Positions 45,385 through 56,963 of a stretch of DNA of 64,000 nt are shown here, in pieces. The notes under the pieces were generated by a model. That model searched no databases. It worked only from the letters and a program-made list of their open reading frames with translations, and was not told the DNA's origin. Within the stretch, counting starts at the first letter, position 1. The number at the start of each line of letters is the position of its first letter. A program made the translations under genes and the position numbers. Source of the stretch: a cyanobacterium endosymbiont of Rhopalodia gibba (lineage in GTDB: Bacteria > Cyanobacteriota > Cyanobacteriia > Cyanobacteriales > Microcystaceae). Where the stretch lies: contig CP067995.1 of the NCBI GenBank assembly GCA_045159875.1, forward strand, positions 640,001 to 704,000, given 5' to 3'.

Positions 45385-47370
45385 TTAGCCTAAATAAGTA
45401 TAAAGATCAAGATTTTCTTCGTAATTTCGCCATAAAACCTCAGACTCTTTTTGTGTGATTCGACCCTCTTGTACAGCTTGCTCAGTACGTTGACGAATTT
45501 GTTGGCTTAGTTTATTCGTGTCGTATTGAACATAGTTCAATACATGGGCAATCGTATCCCCTTGAACAAAATCTTCAATCTCATATCCCTTTGAATTGAT
45601 GAGAATATGAACCTGATTGAGATTACCAAAAAGATTGTGAAAATTACCCATAATTTCCTGATATGCTCCCACTAAAAATATTCCCAAATAGTAAGGTTCT
45701 TTCGTGGAATATTCAGAATCAGAGAACTTTAGGGAAAACAAATTATTATCCTTGTTCACTTTTAATAGCCGAAGTGGATGCAGCTCTAAAACGGGTTTGC
45801 TATTTCGTAAATCTATAAATTGATCTATCTTACCATCACTATCACAGGTTAAGTCTGCTAAAATTCCTCGTTGAGTAGGTTCTTCATTTAAACGGTGAAC
45901 AGGCATAATAGGAAACAGTTGATTAATCGCCCAAACATCAGGAGCAGAACGAAAAACCGATAAATTCGCATAATAAATTGAAGCCATGGTTTTCTCTAAA
46001 TTTTCAAGATCATCGGGGACACAATCTTCATGCTGAATCATGTCATAAATTTTTTGACAACAAACCCAGTACAATTGCTCTGCTTGCGCTCTTTCTATTA
46101 AATTTAAATAACCAAAATTAAATAAACTGATAGCCTCTTCTTTAAATTGAATAGCGTCATGATACATTTCTTGATAATTTCTCGGATTAATTGATTCATA
46201 AGTTTCCCAAAGATTACGAATAATTAAATTTTCCTCTTTCTCTCGAGGAGGAACTATGCTAGAAACATCATTGGTGTGAAGGATGTCAAAGACCACAACA
46301 GAATGATGAGCAGTAATTGCCCTACCACTTTCACTAATTAAAATAGGTGCCGCAACACCAGCTTCTTCACAAGCTTCTTTAATTTCGGCAACAATATCAT
46401 TAGCGTAATTTTGCATATTATAGTTTTTTGAGGCATAAGAGTTGGTTTTTGAACCTTCATAATCGACGCCTAAACCTCCTCCTACATCAAGATATTTCAT
46501 GTTTGGATTGATTTTTGCCAACTGTACATAAATTTGACTCGCTTCACGCATAGCATCTTTAATAACACTGATAGAAGAAATTTGTGAGCCAATATGAAAA
46601 TGAAGAAATTGTAAATAGAACAGAATATTCTTTTCTTTCAGATACTGAATTGCAGTTAAAATTTGAGGAATATCTAAGCCAAATTTAGCGCGCTCACCTG
46701 TAGAATTTCCCCAATGTCCTGACCCTTTGGTACTTAATTTTACTCGTATTCCTAAGTTTGCTTCAATCGCTAATTCTTCACTAATTTGAACTGTTAAATA
46801 AAGTTCTTCTAACTGTTCAATAACAATAACTAGTTTGTATCCTAGACGAACAGCCAACAAAGCAGTTCTAATATAGATTGCATCTTTATAACCATTACAA
46901 ACAATGATTGGGGAATTATCGGATACACTTGAATGAGGCTCTATGGCGGCTAAAGCAATCATTAATTCTGGTTTAGAACCTGATTCTAATCCAAACTGAT
47001 ATGGTTTTCCATAACGAACAATTGATTCAATAATTTGACGATTTTGATGGCACTTAATAGGATAAACTCCTTGGTAGTGATTAGAATAATTGTAGTGACT
47101 AATTGCATTTTTAAAACAATTATTTAATCGAGCCATGCGATCAGCTAAAATTTCAGGGAATCTAATCAATAAAGGTAAATTAATATTCTTCTCTTGTAAG
47201 GATTTAACTAAGTTAAATAGGTCTATAAAATCATCCTTATTCCCTCGAGGATACACGACCACATGACCATCAGCATTAATAGAAAAATAAGGCTCTCCCC
47301 AATCATCAATTTGATACAGGTTGATACTATTTTCAATCGTCCATCTCGAAGAAATTTCTGATTTTTTCAT
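45385..47370 (-). CDS. speA: Biosynthetic arginine decarboxylase
   Basis: VYPIKC, GLESGSKPEL, HFHIGSQI, DVGGGLGVDY, SESGRA, DLTCDSDG, GAYQE. Confidence 0.96.
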   Translation of the reverse strand: MKKSEISSRWTIENSINLYQIDDWGEPYFSINADGHVVVYPRGNKDDFIDLFNLVKSLQEKNINLPLLIRFPEILADRMARLNNCFKNAISHYNYSNHYQGVYPIKCHQNRQIIESIVRYGKPYQFGLESGSKPELMIALAAIEPHSSVSDNSPIIVCNGYKDAIYIRTALLAVRLGYKLVIVIEQLEELYLTVQISEELAIEANLGIRVKLSTKGSGHWGNSTGERAKFGLDIPQILTAIQYLKEKNILFYLQFLHFHIGSQISSISVIKDAMREASQIYVQLAKINPNMKYLDVGGGLGVDYEGSKTNSYASKNYNMQNYANDIVAEIKEACEEAGVAAPILISESGRAITAHHSVVVFDILHTNDVSSIVPPREKEENLIIRNLWETYESINPRNYQEMYHDAIQFKEEAISLFNFGYLNLIERAQAEQLYWVCCQKIYDMIQHEDCVPDDLENLEKTMASIYYANLSVFRSAPDVWAINQLFPIMPVHRLNEEPTQRGILADLTCDSDGKIDQFIDLRNSKPVLELHPLRLLKVNKDNNLFSLKFSDSEYSTKEPYYLGIFLVGAYQEIMGNFHNLFGNLNQVHILINSKGYEIEDFVQGDTIAHVLNYVQYDTNKLSQQIRQRTEQAVQEGRITQKESEVLWRNYEENLDLYTYLG

Positions 47371-47413
47371 AAGAATTAATCTGAGGTTAAATTCACTGAG
47401 TTATTGGAAGGCA

Positions 47414-48253
47414 TTAACTTCGCCAAATAGCATCAGCCACTAGTGCTACATCTACTATTTGTGCTACGTCATGAACCCTTAAGATATCTGCTGATTGGGC
47501 GATCGCTCCACAACAGGCTGCGGCAGTTCCCCAGAGTCGTTGTTTTGGGTTATTTTGCTGCAAAATATGACCAATAAAACGCTTACGAGAAACCCCCACC
47601 AGTATAGGCTGGCCTAAGCTCCTAAATTCTGACAAACGCCGCAATAATTCTAAATTTTGTGAGTAAGTTTTGGCGAAACCGATACCAGGATCAATAATGA
47701 GGTGTGATCGCTTAATTCCAGCTTTTATCGCTAAATTCAGTTGATTATTTAACCATTTGCTAACTTCTCCTATGAGATCGGTATAATCTGTCAATTGTTG
47801 CATAGTTTGAGAATTCCCTCTAATGTGCATTAAGATGATAGGAACTTTTAACTTAGCCACCACTGTAAACATCTGGGAATCAAAGGTTCCTCCAGAAACA
47901 TCATTTACTAAGTCTGCTCCGGCTTCGATTGCGGCATTAGCAACTGATGCTTTAGTAGTGTCAATCGAAATAGGAATAGACGTTTCCCGACGCAGTAGTT
48001 TTATTATAGGAATAACACGATTTAATTCTTCTTCGACAAGAATTTGTTGAGACCCTGGCCGTGTTGATTGTCCCCCAATATCGATGATATCTGCTCCTGA
48101 ATTAATGAGGGTTTTAGCTTGAATTAAAGCGGTTTCTAAAGTACTAAACTGGCCCCCATCACTAAAACTGTCAGGGGTGACGTTAAGAATCCCCATAATA
48201 TAGGTTCTTTGTCCCCAACAAAAGGAATGTTGTCTTAGTTTTAAATCAGCCAT
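47414..48253 (-). CDS. folP: Dihydropteroate synthase
   Basis: MGILNVTPDSFSDGG, GGQSTRPG, DPGIGFAK, SRKRF, RVHDV. Confidence 0.97.
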   Translation of the reverse strand: MADLKLRQHSFCWGQRTYIMGILNVTPDSFSDGGQFSTLETALIQAKTLINSGADIIDIGGQSTRPGSQQILVEEELNRVIPIIKLLRRETSIPISIDTTKASVANAAIEAGADLVNDVSGGTFDSQMFTVVAKLKVPIILMHIRGNSQTMQQLTDYTDLIGEVSKWLNNQLNLAIKAGIKRSHLIIDPGIGFAKTYSQNLELLRRLSEFRSLGQPILVGVSRKRFIGHILQQNNPKQRLWGTAAACCGAIAQSADILRVHDVAQIVDVALVADAIWRS

Positions 48254-48290
48254 ACATAGATTCAGATGCTTTCAGCATACTACTCCATAA

Positions 48291-48325
48291 GAAATAAGGG
48301 GGCGTAACGACCGCCTCCTTATTTC
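48291..48325 (-). terminator. Hairpin between tpiA and folP (terminator or mRNA-stability element)
   Basis: GAAATAAGG-GGGCG..CGCCT-CCTTATTTC inverted repeat. Confidence 0.65.
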
Positions 48326-48341
48326 GAATAAACTCATTTAT

Positions 48342-49067
48342 TTATTGATAATTAACAATGCGTGCAAATTCTACCGAATCTAAACTAGCTCCTCCTACCA
48401 ACACGCCATTAATTTCAGGTTGCGCCATAATTTCATCAACATTAGAAGGTTTAACTGATCCTCCATATTGGATAGTAACTTCTTTATTTGATAACTGAGA
48501 GCGAATGATACTAATAACTCGGTTAGCTTCAGTCGCTTCACAAGTATCTCCAGTCCCAATCGCCCAAATAGGTTCATAAGCAATGACTAAATTACTTTGA
48601 TCTACATTAACTAAATTTTGCTTGACTTGGTTGATAATAACAGTTTCTGTTTTCCCTGCATCCCGTTGTAATTTACTTTCCCCCACACAGAGAATGGGGG
48701 TTAATCCGTGGCGTTGGGCGGCTATCATTCGTAGATTGACTGTTTCGTTAGTTTCACCGAAATATTGACGTCGTTCACTGTGTCCAACCACCACATAATC
48801 TACTCCAAACTCCGTCAGCATTGCACCAGAGATCTCTCCTGTATAAGCTCCCTCATCTTCCCAGTGGATGTTTTGTGCTGCCAAATGGATTAACCCACCA
48901 TGTAAACTTTTTGACATGACACCCAAAGCTGTAAAGGGAGCGCACAAAACTACTTCTTTTGTTCCGTTCACTTCTTCGAGATTTGATTTTAATTTTTGTA
49001 AAAACTCCAGAGCTTTCTCCTGGGTTTTGTGCATTTTCCAGTTACCCGCAATAACAATTTTTCTCAC
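48342..49067 (-). CDS. tpiA: Triosephosphate isomerase
   Basis: [35 protein letters not shown]. Confidence 0.98.
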   Translation of the reverse strand: MRKIVIAGNWKMHKTQEKALEFLQKLKSNLEEVNGTKEVVLCAPFTALGVMSKSLHGGLIHLAAQNIHWEDEGAYTGEISGAMLTEFGVDYVVVGHSERRQYFGETNETVNLRMIAAQRHGLTPILCVGESKLQRDAGKTETVIINQVKQNLVNVDQSNLVIAYEPIWAIGTGDTCEATEANRVISIIRSQLSNKEVTIQYGGSVKPSNVDEIMAQPEINGVLVGGASLDSVEFARIVNYQ

Positions 49068-49449
49068 AGCTATCTCTAAAAATTAATTCCAACGTTTTTG
49101 CAGTCTTATAGTGTAATACCTTAAGGGGATAAAAGGAAAGAGTACATAAGAGCAGAGTTTAGAAAAAGAGAGAATTTCTTAAGGAAGATGACTCATAATC
49201 ACTTCTATCAGGTTTTAAGTCTTTTCTTTAAAAAACTTAAGACAAAAATCAATCTTTTTTCTTGACAAAATCTAACTTTCTAACTCAAATAATTATGTTT
49301 TTTTAACTCTAACGAACTTAAGACACTAAAAATCTGCTAGATACCAGCATAGTATATCAAAAACAAGCTGTAATAGTTAGAAAATTATTCTAATAATAAA
49401 ATAGAAATTTTAACGATTATTATTTTAATGGGTTTTAAAACAGGATCTA

Positions 49450-49970
49450 CATTTTTTTTTAATAAAAAATTGTCCTAAAATAAGAAGAAATTTTTGCAAT
49501 TGTGCTTATTTTCTGTCACTTCAAAAAGAGATAGTTTTAGTTTTAGACGGTATTTTAATCACTAACTAAATGTCATTGCTATGTAATTTTTATGATTTTT
49601 TCTACTTAACTATTATCAGAAAAAAACTAGGATTTTTATTAAAATAGCGATGGATATTAGATATTATCTACGTCAGTTCGCTTGTAACATCTAGGATATT
49701 TTAACAGAGCGATAATGTAAAGTTAAACAACTTTCCTCAGAAGTATTTTTTCTGAAATTTTTTTGACTAATAAACTGGTTTCAGTTAGATAATCAAAATG
49801 TAAAATATTCCTTAAAATTTTACTGTTTTTAAACAGAGAGTATCTGAACCGAAATATACTTAACATACATTTTAGTGAAGTATATATGGACTGAAGAACA
49901 TTTTGCACATTTATTTTCAGTAATCTTAGCTTGAAGAACAATGAATTACTAAGCGTAAAATCTAGTAATA
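49450..49970 (-). mobile_element. Possible decayed IS1-family transposase remnant
   Basis: ENKCAKC (InsA-like zinc ribbon), RL..KTISF* and ILGQFFI (~RKTICFSK..VIGLFIN); weak. Confidence 0.3.
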
Positions 49971-49999
49971 CTCTGTTAGTTCATTTGCTTCTTTAAACT

Positions 50000-50145
50000 T
50001 TATACTCTATCCGATGTTTTCTGATAGAGTGCAGAGTCGAATTTTTGGACTCCAATATTGGGACATTCATCATTAGTTGGACTAAACGATAAAAGCCTTC
50101 GGTAATATATTAGCCTAAGCTTTGCCATATTTTATCGATACTCAT
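50000..50145 (-). pseudogene. Pseudogene of a ~48-aa conserved cyanobacterial small protein (possibly Norf1 family)
   Basis: MSIDKIWQSLG*YITEGFYR/FSPTNDECPNIGVQKF resembles the QYISEA..RIFSPTDD.YP.IGVQPF family; one stop and one frameshift; GAGG RBS. Confidence 0.6.
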
Positions 50146-50843
50146 AACATCTGCCTCTTAAATATTAGGAACTTTATTAAGAGCTTAACTTGATGAGTTT
50201 TTATATTTTTTGGAGTTAGAAGAGCTTTCTTCATCTCTTCTGTTCTCAATTATCTAAAAAAAAATTAACCTCTTAACAAGTTTGTAATAAATATTGAAAC
50301 TACAAGAATCTACTTTGTATTTTTGTAGACTTTTATCAGCTAAAATATTAGTTTTTTTAAAAAAAACTTTAAAAAACTATTATTTTCACTGAATCAGTCT
50401 ATTTAGACTACCGATGTCGGAAAAAAATGTTATAATGTTAACTTAACTTTTTTTCTTAAAAAACAAACTTAAACATCAAGGGATTTCAATAACTATCCTG
50501 ACAAAACTAGTATGTTCTATCATTGATAGAGGTACTTCGATAATTTGGACTATATTACGATAGTTCATAGATATAGTGGGCGCATTAGATTTATTAGAGC
50601 GTACTATGATGTGCTTCCAATTATATCATTCCTGTCCTAATACTAATAAAAGTTAATCTCACAATTGCCGAGAATTTTTAGAGATTAAAGTTTTAACTAA
50701 AATAGATATTGTCAATTACCCTAACAAAATAGTAAGACTCCCAAAACAAAATCTAATCAACGAAAGTAAAGTAGGTATTCAAGCTATTAGGATGCCATCT
50801 GTGACTCTCATACAACTAGATTTAAACTTTAAAATCGAGTTGG

Positions 50844-50864
50844 TTTTAGTATAATTTACTTGAA
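50844..50864 (+). promoter_or_regulatory. Candidate NrtR operator overlapping a TATAAT -10 box
   Basis: TTTT-AGTA-TAATT-TACT-TGAA dyad (GT-N7-AC core) with TATAAT at 50850-50855, about 55 bp upstream of the NAD operon. Confidence 0.6.
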
Positions 50865-50917
50865 AAAAACCAAAAGACTTAAGAGAACTGTACCTGATTG
50901 GGTACACTCGATTGCCT

Positions 50918-52200
50918 ATGTTTTCCCAAGAGCAAGGATTTACTTGATCTCCCAATGGTTACAGTTTGTTCATAGATTTGTACGAGTTAACCATGGCTGC
51001 TTCTTACACCGGAGAGAGACTTGCTCATCGTCGAGCGAGTTTTGAACTGTTTATATGTCATCTCCCAGAATCTTTTAGTTATTCAATTGCCATGGTACTT
51101 ACTCAGAGTTTAAATTTTTTATAAAATCTACACTTTAGTCAAGAGCAACTAGAAAATTTTGGAAAAAATAAGTTTTTAACCATGTTTTTCCTTGATTTTC
51201 GTCAATCCTAGCTTTAGGAAGCTTTACGAAGAAAGTTTGGCAGGGACTGAAGGAACAAAGGAACAGCGGTGTTTGCCCATGAACCCTTATTGTGGATAGA
51301 AGCCCCTTTGTGGTAAGCTCAACTTGTAGAAATCTACCTTTTAAAGCTCCTCAACCATAAAAGTTTAATTGCTACTAAAGCCGCTTAAATACACAATGTA
51401 ACAGGTAAAAACGCCTTATTATTAGAATTTATAACCAGAGGGGTGTTCAGTCCCCAAGGTTGAATATGAGCGGCTAGAATAGCTTTAGTGGGAGGTTTAG
51501 ATAAATGCCACCTCTAATGTGTTAGCAGCTCTGAAATTAAGGTGCAAACCTAGTGGAACAATAGCTCATTCTTTAATCATGGTTATCAAAGCTATATCAG
51601 GGATTGAAGATGAAGCTTTGCATGTTTTTAATCTTTATTTTCCAGGAGCTACTTTACTACTTAATACCTAAAATGCAGTAGCTGCAGCGGAAAAATTAGC
51701 GGATAAAGCTAATAAAGGAATCCTGATCGTAACAAAATTTTGTCTAAATTTGGGAGATTTAGTTATTTTATTTCAAAAAATGCGTTCTCTATTCCCCATT
51801 CATTAAGATCGTCACTGGTAAAGATCTTAATGAATGGGGAATTGTCCGTCTCAAGGAAGCAAGTCATTCTATTGATGGTTATGGATTTGGAACTAAGCTT
51901 GTCACCGGCAAATCTCTCAACGGAGTCTAGAAATTAGTGGAAATTGATGGAACTTCTACCATGAAACAATCTAGCTATAGAGTGACCTATCCAGGTCCAA
52001 AACAGATTTTTCAGACCTACAATGAGGGCAGAGTCAAAACACTGTCTCAATTGAGAGAGCGAAAACTCCCCTTTTACAGTTGGTGATGAAAGGAGGAAAA
52101 TCCTTGTTTCAACCTGAATCTTTAGAGAGTCTTCCCTCTGCAACTCGTCATCTTAGTTAACTCACTTCAATTGAGGTTAAAATCTCCAATGAGTTCGAAT
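50918..52200 (+). pseudogene. pncB: Nicotinate phosphoribosyltransferase pseudogene
   Basis: YSLFIDLYELTMAASY..RASFELF, VFAHEPLLWIEAPLW*AQLVE, LLEFITRGVFSPQ, TSNVLAAL..PSGTIAHS, IDGYGFGTKLVTG..GV*KLVEIDG; many stops and frameshifts; 3' end approximate. Confidence 0.92.
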
Positions 52201-52259
52201 CGTTATGTAAATTTTTAGGTTAATTGATAGTAAATAGTTGAGCGTTAATTATTAATCAC

Positions 52260-52826
52260 ATGACAAAAATTGCTCTGTTTGGAACCAGTGCTGATCCTCC
52301 TACCGCAGGACATCAATCAATTCTCCGTTGGTTATCTACTCACTATGATTGGGTTGGGGTTTGGACTTCGGATAATCCCTTTAAAACTCATCAAACTTCT
52401 TGGTCCCATCGTATGGCGATGTTAAAGTTATTAATTGATGATATTAATCTCCCAAGAAACAATATTTATCTTAGTGAGAAACTAAGTCATCGATGTAGTT
52501 TGATAAGTTTAGCTAAAGCTAAGGAAATTTGGGGAAACAATCCTGATTATAGTTTGGTAATTGGGTCTGATTTAGTTGGTCAAATTCGTCGTTGGTATCA
52601 TATTGAAGATTTACTATATCAAGTCAATCTTTTAATTATTCCACGCTCTGGATACGACCTTGCTCAAAAGGATTTAATAGCTTTAAAGAAATTAGGAGGA
52701 AACTATCAGATCGCTGATCTCGATGCCCCTGCCGTTTCTTCGACTGCTTATCGAGAAAACCAGAATCAAAGTATATTGATTCAACCTATTCAAGAATATA
52801 TTTATCAAGAGCAATTGTACCGATGA
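52260..52826 (+). CDS. nadD: Nicotinate-nucleotide adenylyltransferase
   Basis: ALFGTSADPPTAGH, IGSDL, VSSTAYR. Confidence 0.9.
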   Translation: MTKIALFGTSADPPTAGHQSILRWLSTHYDWVGVWTSDNPFKTHQTSWSHRMAMLKLLIDDINLPRNNIYLSEKLSHRCSLISLAKAKEIWGNNPDYSLVIGSDLVGQIRRWYHIEDLLYQVNLLIIPRSGYDLAQKDLIALKKLGGNYQIADLDAPAVSSTAYRENQNQSILIQPIQEYIYQEQLYR

Positions 52827-53548
52827 ATTTAGAGGAAAATAAATTTGTTTTAGCCACTTTTAAAATTGGAGTCAATAATGTTATCTTCTCCGTTGATTCT
52901 CACAATCATCAACTCTTAGTTTTATTGGTTAAACAAAAAGAAACCCTTTTTAATAATCAATGGAGTTTACCTGGAACTTTAGTAAGAAATAGGGAATCTC
53001 TAGAAGAGGCTTCCCAAAGAATATTGTCTGAAAAAATTAGAGTTAACAATCTATATCTGGAGCAGTTATACACCTTTGAAAGACCCAATTTAGATTCAAG
53101 AGTATCTCTTGATCGTTTTGGCATCCACTATATTTCTGTCAGCTATTTTGCTTTAGTTCATTTTGAAGAAGCAGAACTGTTAAGTATTAATAGCTATAAT
53201 AGAACTACTTGGTGCATGATTCAAAAGATTCCTCAATTGGTTTTTGACCATAATCAAATTTTAGATTATGGTTATCAACGATTACGCAATAAACTTGAAT
53301 ATAGTCCTATTGCTTTTAAAATTTTGCCGGACTTATTTACTTTAAATGATATTTATCAAGTTTATACAACTATTTTAGGAAAAAACTTTGCTGATTATTC
53401 TAATTTTAGATCTCGGTTATTAAAATTAGGTTTTCTGATAGATACTGAGAGAAAAGTCTCTAGAGGTGCAGGAAGACCTGCTACTTTATATCGCTTTGAT
53501 GCTTCAGCATTTGCTCCTTTTAAAGATAAACCTTTTATATTTGTTTAA
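52823..53548 (+). CDS. nrtR: Nudix-related transcriptional regulator of NAD metabolism
   Basis: Degenerate Nudix box (WSLPGTLV..ESLEEA), LYLEQLYTF, FDHNQIL, C-terminal wHTH NFR..GRPATLYRF; ATGA overlap with nadD. Confidence 0.85.
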   Translation: MNLEENKFVLATFKIGVNNVIFSVDSHNHQLLVLLVKQKETLFNNQWSLPGTLVRNRESLEEASQRILSEKIRVNNLYLEQLYTFERPNLDSRVSLDRFGIHYISVSYFALVHFEEAELLSINSYNRTTWCMIQKIPQLVFDHNQILDYGYQRLRNKLEYSPIAFKILPDLFTLNDIYQVYTTILGKNFADYSNFRSRLLKLGFLIDTERKVSRGAGRPATLYRFDASAFAPFKDKPFIFV

Positions 53549-53559
53549 ATTCAATAATA

Positions 53560-55260
53560 TTGCTCATGAAAATTGCCATCGCTCAACTTAATCCAACTAT
53601 TGGAGACTTAGCAAATAATGCTAAAAAAATTGTAGAAGCGGCTCAATTTGCTGCTCATCAAAATGCTAGGCTTTTACTAACCCCTGAATTATCTTTATGT
53701 GGCTATCCTCCCCGCGACTTACTCCTTGATCCTAGTTTTATTAAGTCCCTTTCTATTGAATTACAAAGTTTAGCTCAGAAGTCCCCCTCTCAATTAGCTA
53801 TTTTAGTGGGAACAGTTACTCCTAATCATGATGCTCATATTAAAGGAGAAAAGCCTCTTTTTAATAGTATTGCTTGGTTAGAAAATAATCGGGTAAAAAA
53901 GATATTTCATAAAAGACTTTTGCCGACGTATGATGTCTTTGATGAAGATCGCTATTTTGAACCAGGACGACAAAGTAATTATTTTGAATTATTACCTGAT
54001 TCCCAGTCATCTACTCCTTTAAAAATTGGTATTACAATATGTGAAGATTTGTGGAATGATGAAAAGTTTTGGGGAGGGAAATATTATGAGGATAATCCCC
54101 TAGAAGATTTGCTTAAATCGGGAGTTGATTTAATTTTAAATTTATCTGCTTCTCCCTATAACATCGGCAAGCATAAGATACGAGAACAAATGGTAAAACA
54201 TAGCAGCAAACACTATCAAGTTCCTATTATTTATGTCAATCAAATTGGTGGTAATGATGACTTAATTTTTGATGGAAATAGTTTTGCCGTAAATAAAAAG
54301 AGTGAAATTGTATTACGATTAAAAGCATTTGAGGAAAATATTGATTTTATTAATTTAAAAATTCAAGATAAAGATCTTTCTTTGTCAAGAATAAATGATG
54401 AAATAAAAATAGAGGAAGAAGAAATTTGGCTAGCCCTAGTTTTAGGAGTTAAAGACTATGTGAGAAAATGTGGTTTTTCTAAAGTTATTTTAGGATTAAG
54501 TGGGGGAATTGACTCTGCGTTAGTTGCTGCGATTGCTGCAGAAGCGTTAGGAAGAGAAAATGTATTAGCATTACTTATGCCATCCCCTTATAGTTCTTCC
54601 CATTCTATTATTGATGCTGAAGCTTTAGTTAAAAATTTAGGTATTAACAGTTATAAGTTACCTATTGGGAATATTATGAAATCTTATAATATTCTACTAG
54701 ATCCCTTATTTAAAGGAACAGAATTTGGGATTGCTGAAGAGAATATTCAATCTCGCATTCGGGGTAACTTATTGATGGCTATTGCTAATAAATTTGGTTA
54801 TCTTCTACTATCTACTGGAAATAAATCAGAAATGGCAGTTGGTTATTGCACTTTGTATGGTGATATGAATGGAGGGTTGGCTGTTATCTCAGATGTGCCT
54901 AAAACTCGTGTATTTTCCCTTTGTCGCTGGCTGAATTGTAACAAAGAAATGATACCTTATAATATTTTAGTTAAATCCCCTAGTGCGGAACTAAAACCTA
55001 ATCAAACCGATCAAGACTCTTTGCCCTCTTATGAAGTACTTGATGAGATTTTAGAGCGATTAATTCATCGCCATCAATCAGTTAGTCAAATTAATGAAGC
55101 AAGATTTGATTTAAGCACTATCGATAAAGTAATAAAATTAGTTGCCCGTGCTGAATTTAAACGAAAACAGGCTTCCCCAGGATTAAGAGTAACTGATAGA
55201 GCATTTGGAACAGGTTGGAAAATGCCTATTGCAAATCGTTGGAAAATTGATTTATCCTAG
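53560..55260 (+). CDS. nadE: Glutamine-dependent NAD+ synthetase
   Basis: Nitrilase domain (PEL..GYPP, KRLLP, ICED) plus SGGIDS, ENIQSR, TGNKSE, PSAEL; start may be the ATG at 53566. Confidence 0.96.
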   Translation: MLMKIAIAQLNPTIGDLANNAKKIVEAAQFAAHQNARLLLTPELSLCGYPPRDLLLDPSFIKSLSIELQSLAQKSPSQLAILVGTVTPNHDAHIKGEKPLFNSIAWLENNRVKKIFHKRLLPTYDVFDEDRYFEPGRQSNYFELLPDSQSSTPLKIGITICEDLWNDEKFWGGKYYEDNPLEDLLKSGVDLILNLSASPYNIGKHKIREQMVKHSSKHYQVPIIYVNQIGGNDDLIFDGNSFAVNKKSEIVLRLKAFEENIDFINLKIQDKDLSLSRINDEIKIEEEEIWLALVLGVKDYVRKCGFSKVILGLSGGIDSALVAAIAAEALGRENVLALLMPSPYSSSHSIIDAEALVKNLGINSYKLPIGNIMKSYNILLDPLFKGTEFGIAEENIQSRIRGNLLMAIANKFGYLLLSTGNKSEMAVGYCTLYGDMNGGLAVISDVPKTRVFSLCRWLNCNKEMIPYNILVKSPSAELKPNQTDQDSLPSYEVLDEILERLIHRHQSVSQINEARFDLSTIDKVIKLVARAEFKRKQASPGLRVTDRAFGTGWKMPIANRWKIDLS

Positions 55261-55469
55261 CTAGGAGCACAATACTTCTATTGTCTTTGAGATCAATTGC
55301 GGTAAAGTAGTGCAGCGGCTCGGTTGGATCATGACCCATAGTTATTGAGCTATCTGAAAAGTCAACATCTTTTCAAGAACGATAAATATAAACCCCGCGA
55401 TTTTTTTGTCTAACTATCTTGAATAATGCGCCATTATTAACCTATATTTTTTTGGGCTTATATTGAAAA

Positions 55470-55508
55470 TATTGTATATTATCACTAATACAGTGATAAT
55501 ATACAATA
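55470..55508. repeat. Perfect inverted repeat with 17-bp arms and 5-nt loop
   Basis: TATTGTATATTATCACT-AATAC-AGTGATAATATACAATA. Confidence 0.95.
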
Positions 55509-55509
55509 A

Positions 55510-56376
<867 letters not shown>

Positions 56377-56556
56377 AGTGTTCTGGGGGTTGTTCTTTAA
56401 GTTCAAGAATTAGTTAACTAGAAGAAATTCTTGTAACGAATACGTGACATTTTATGGTTTATAAGTTAAAGTAACTACTCTTTTGAAGGTAAGTCAAAGA
56501 ACTTTAAGGAGAGTTTATTTTTAAATAAATTTAAAGTTTACAGTAAGCCTTTTAGG

Positions 56557-56594
56557 ACTGAAGTCCCTTATGATTTCATAGTCGGGACTTCAGT
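56557..56594. repeat. Inverted repeat resembling cyanobacterial REP-like elements
   Basis: ACTGAAGTCCC-N16-GGGACTTCAGT. Confidence 0.6.
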
Positions 56595-56963
56595 AATTAT
56601 GCCTCTACTCTTAATCATCCAACATAATCAAAGAGTTCAGAAAATTTATTATCTTTTTTTAAGACGTTTAATTTAACAAAAATTTAAACATAGATAAAGA
56701 ATTCTAAAAAAGAAGAAGAATTTCTTGATGTCTTTCTCTGAGCGCAATTTTTTTTGACAAAATGAAATAAAAGTCATCTAAATTTTTTCGAGCATCAGAG
56801 TAATCGCGGAAACAGTTAGGATATTTTTCTGTTTCTTATTGCCTTGAAACACTAGTTCAGAATCTATTAAGAAATCTGGCGTTGCTATGTTATTTAGCGT
56901 AGCCTAGAAATTTTAAAAATTGCATACTCCTGTATTCAAAACAAACTACTTCTACCGAATTGT

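Noticed and set aside
50860..52143. Short ORFs 50860-51045, 51740-51937 and 51934-52143
   Set aside because: Off-frame or antisense by-products of the pncB pseudogene
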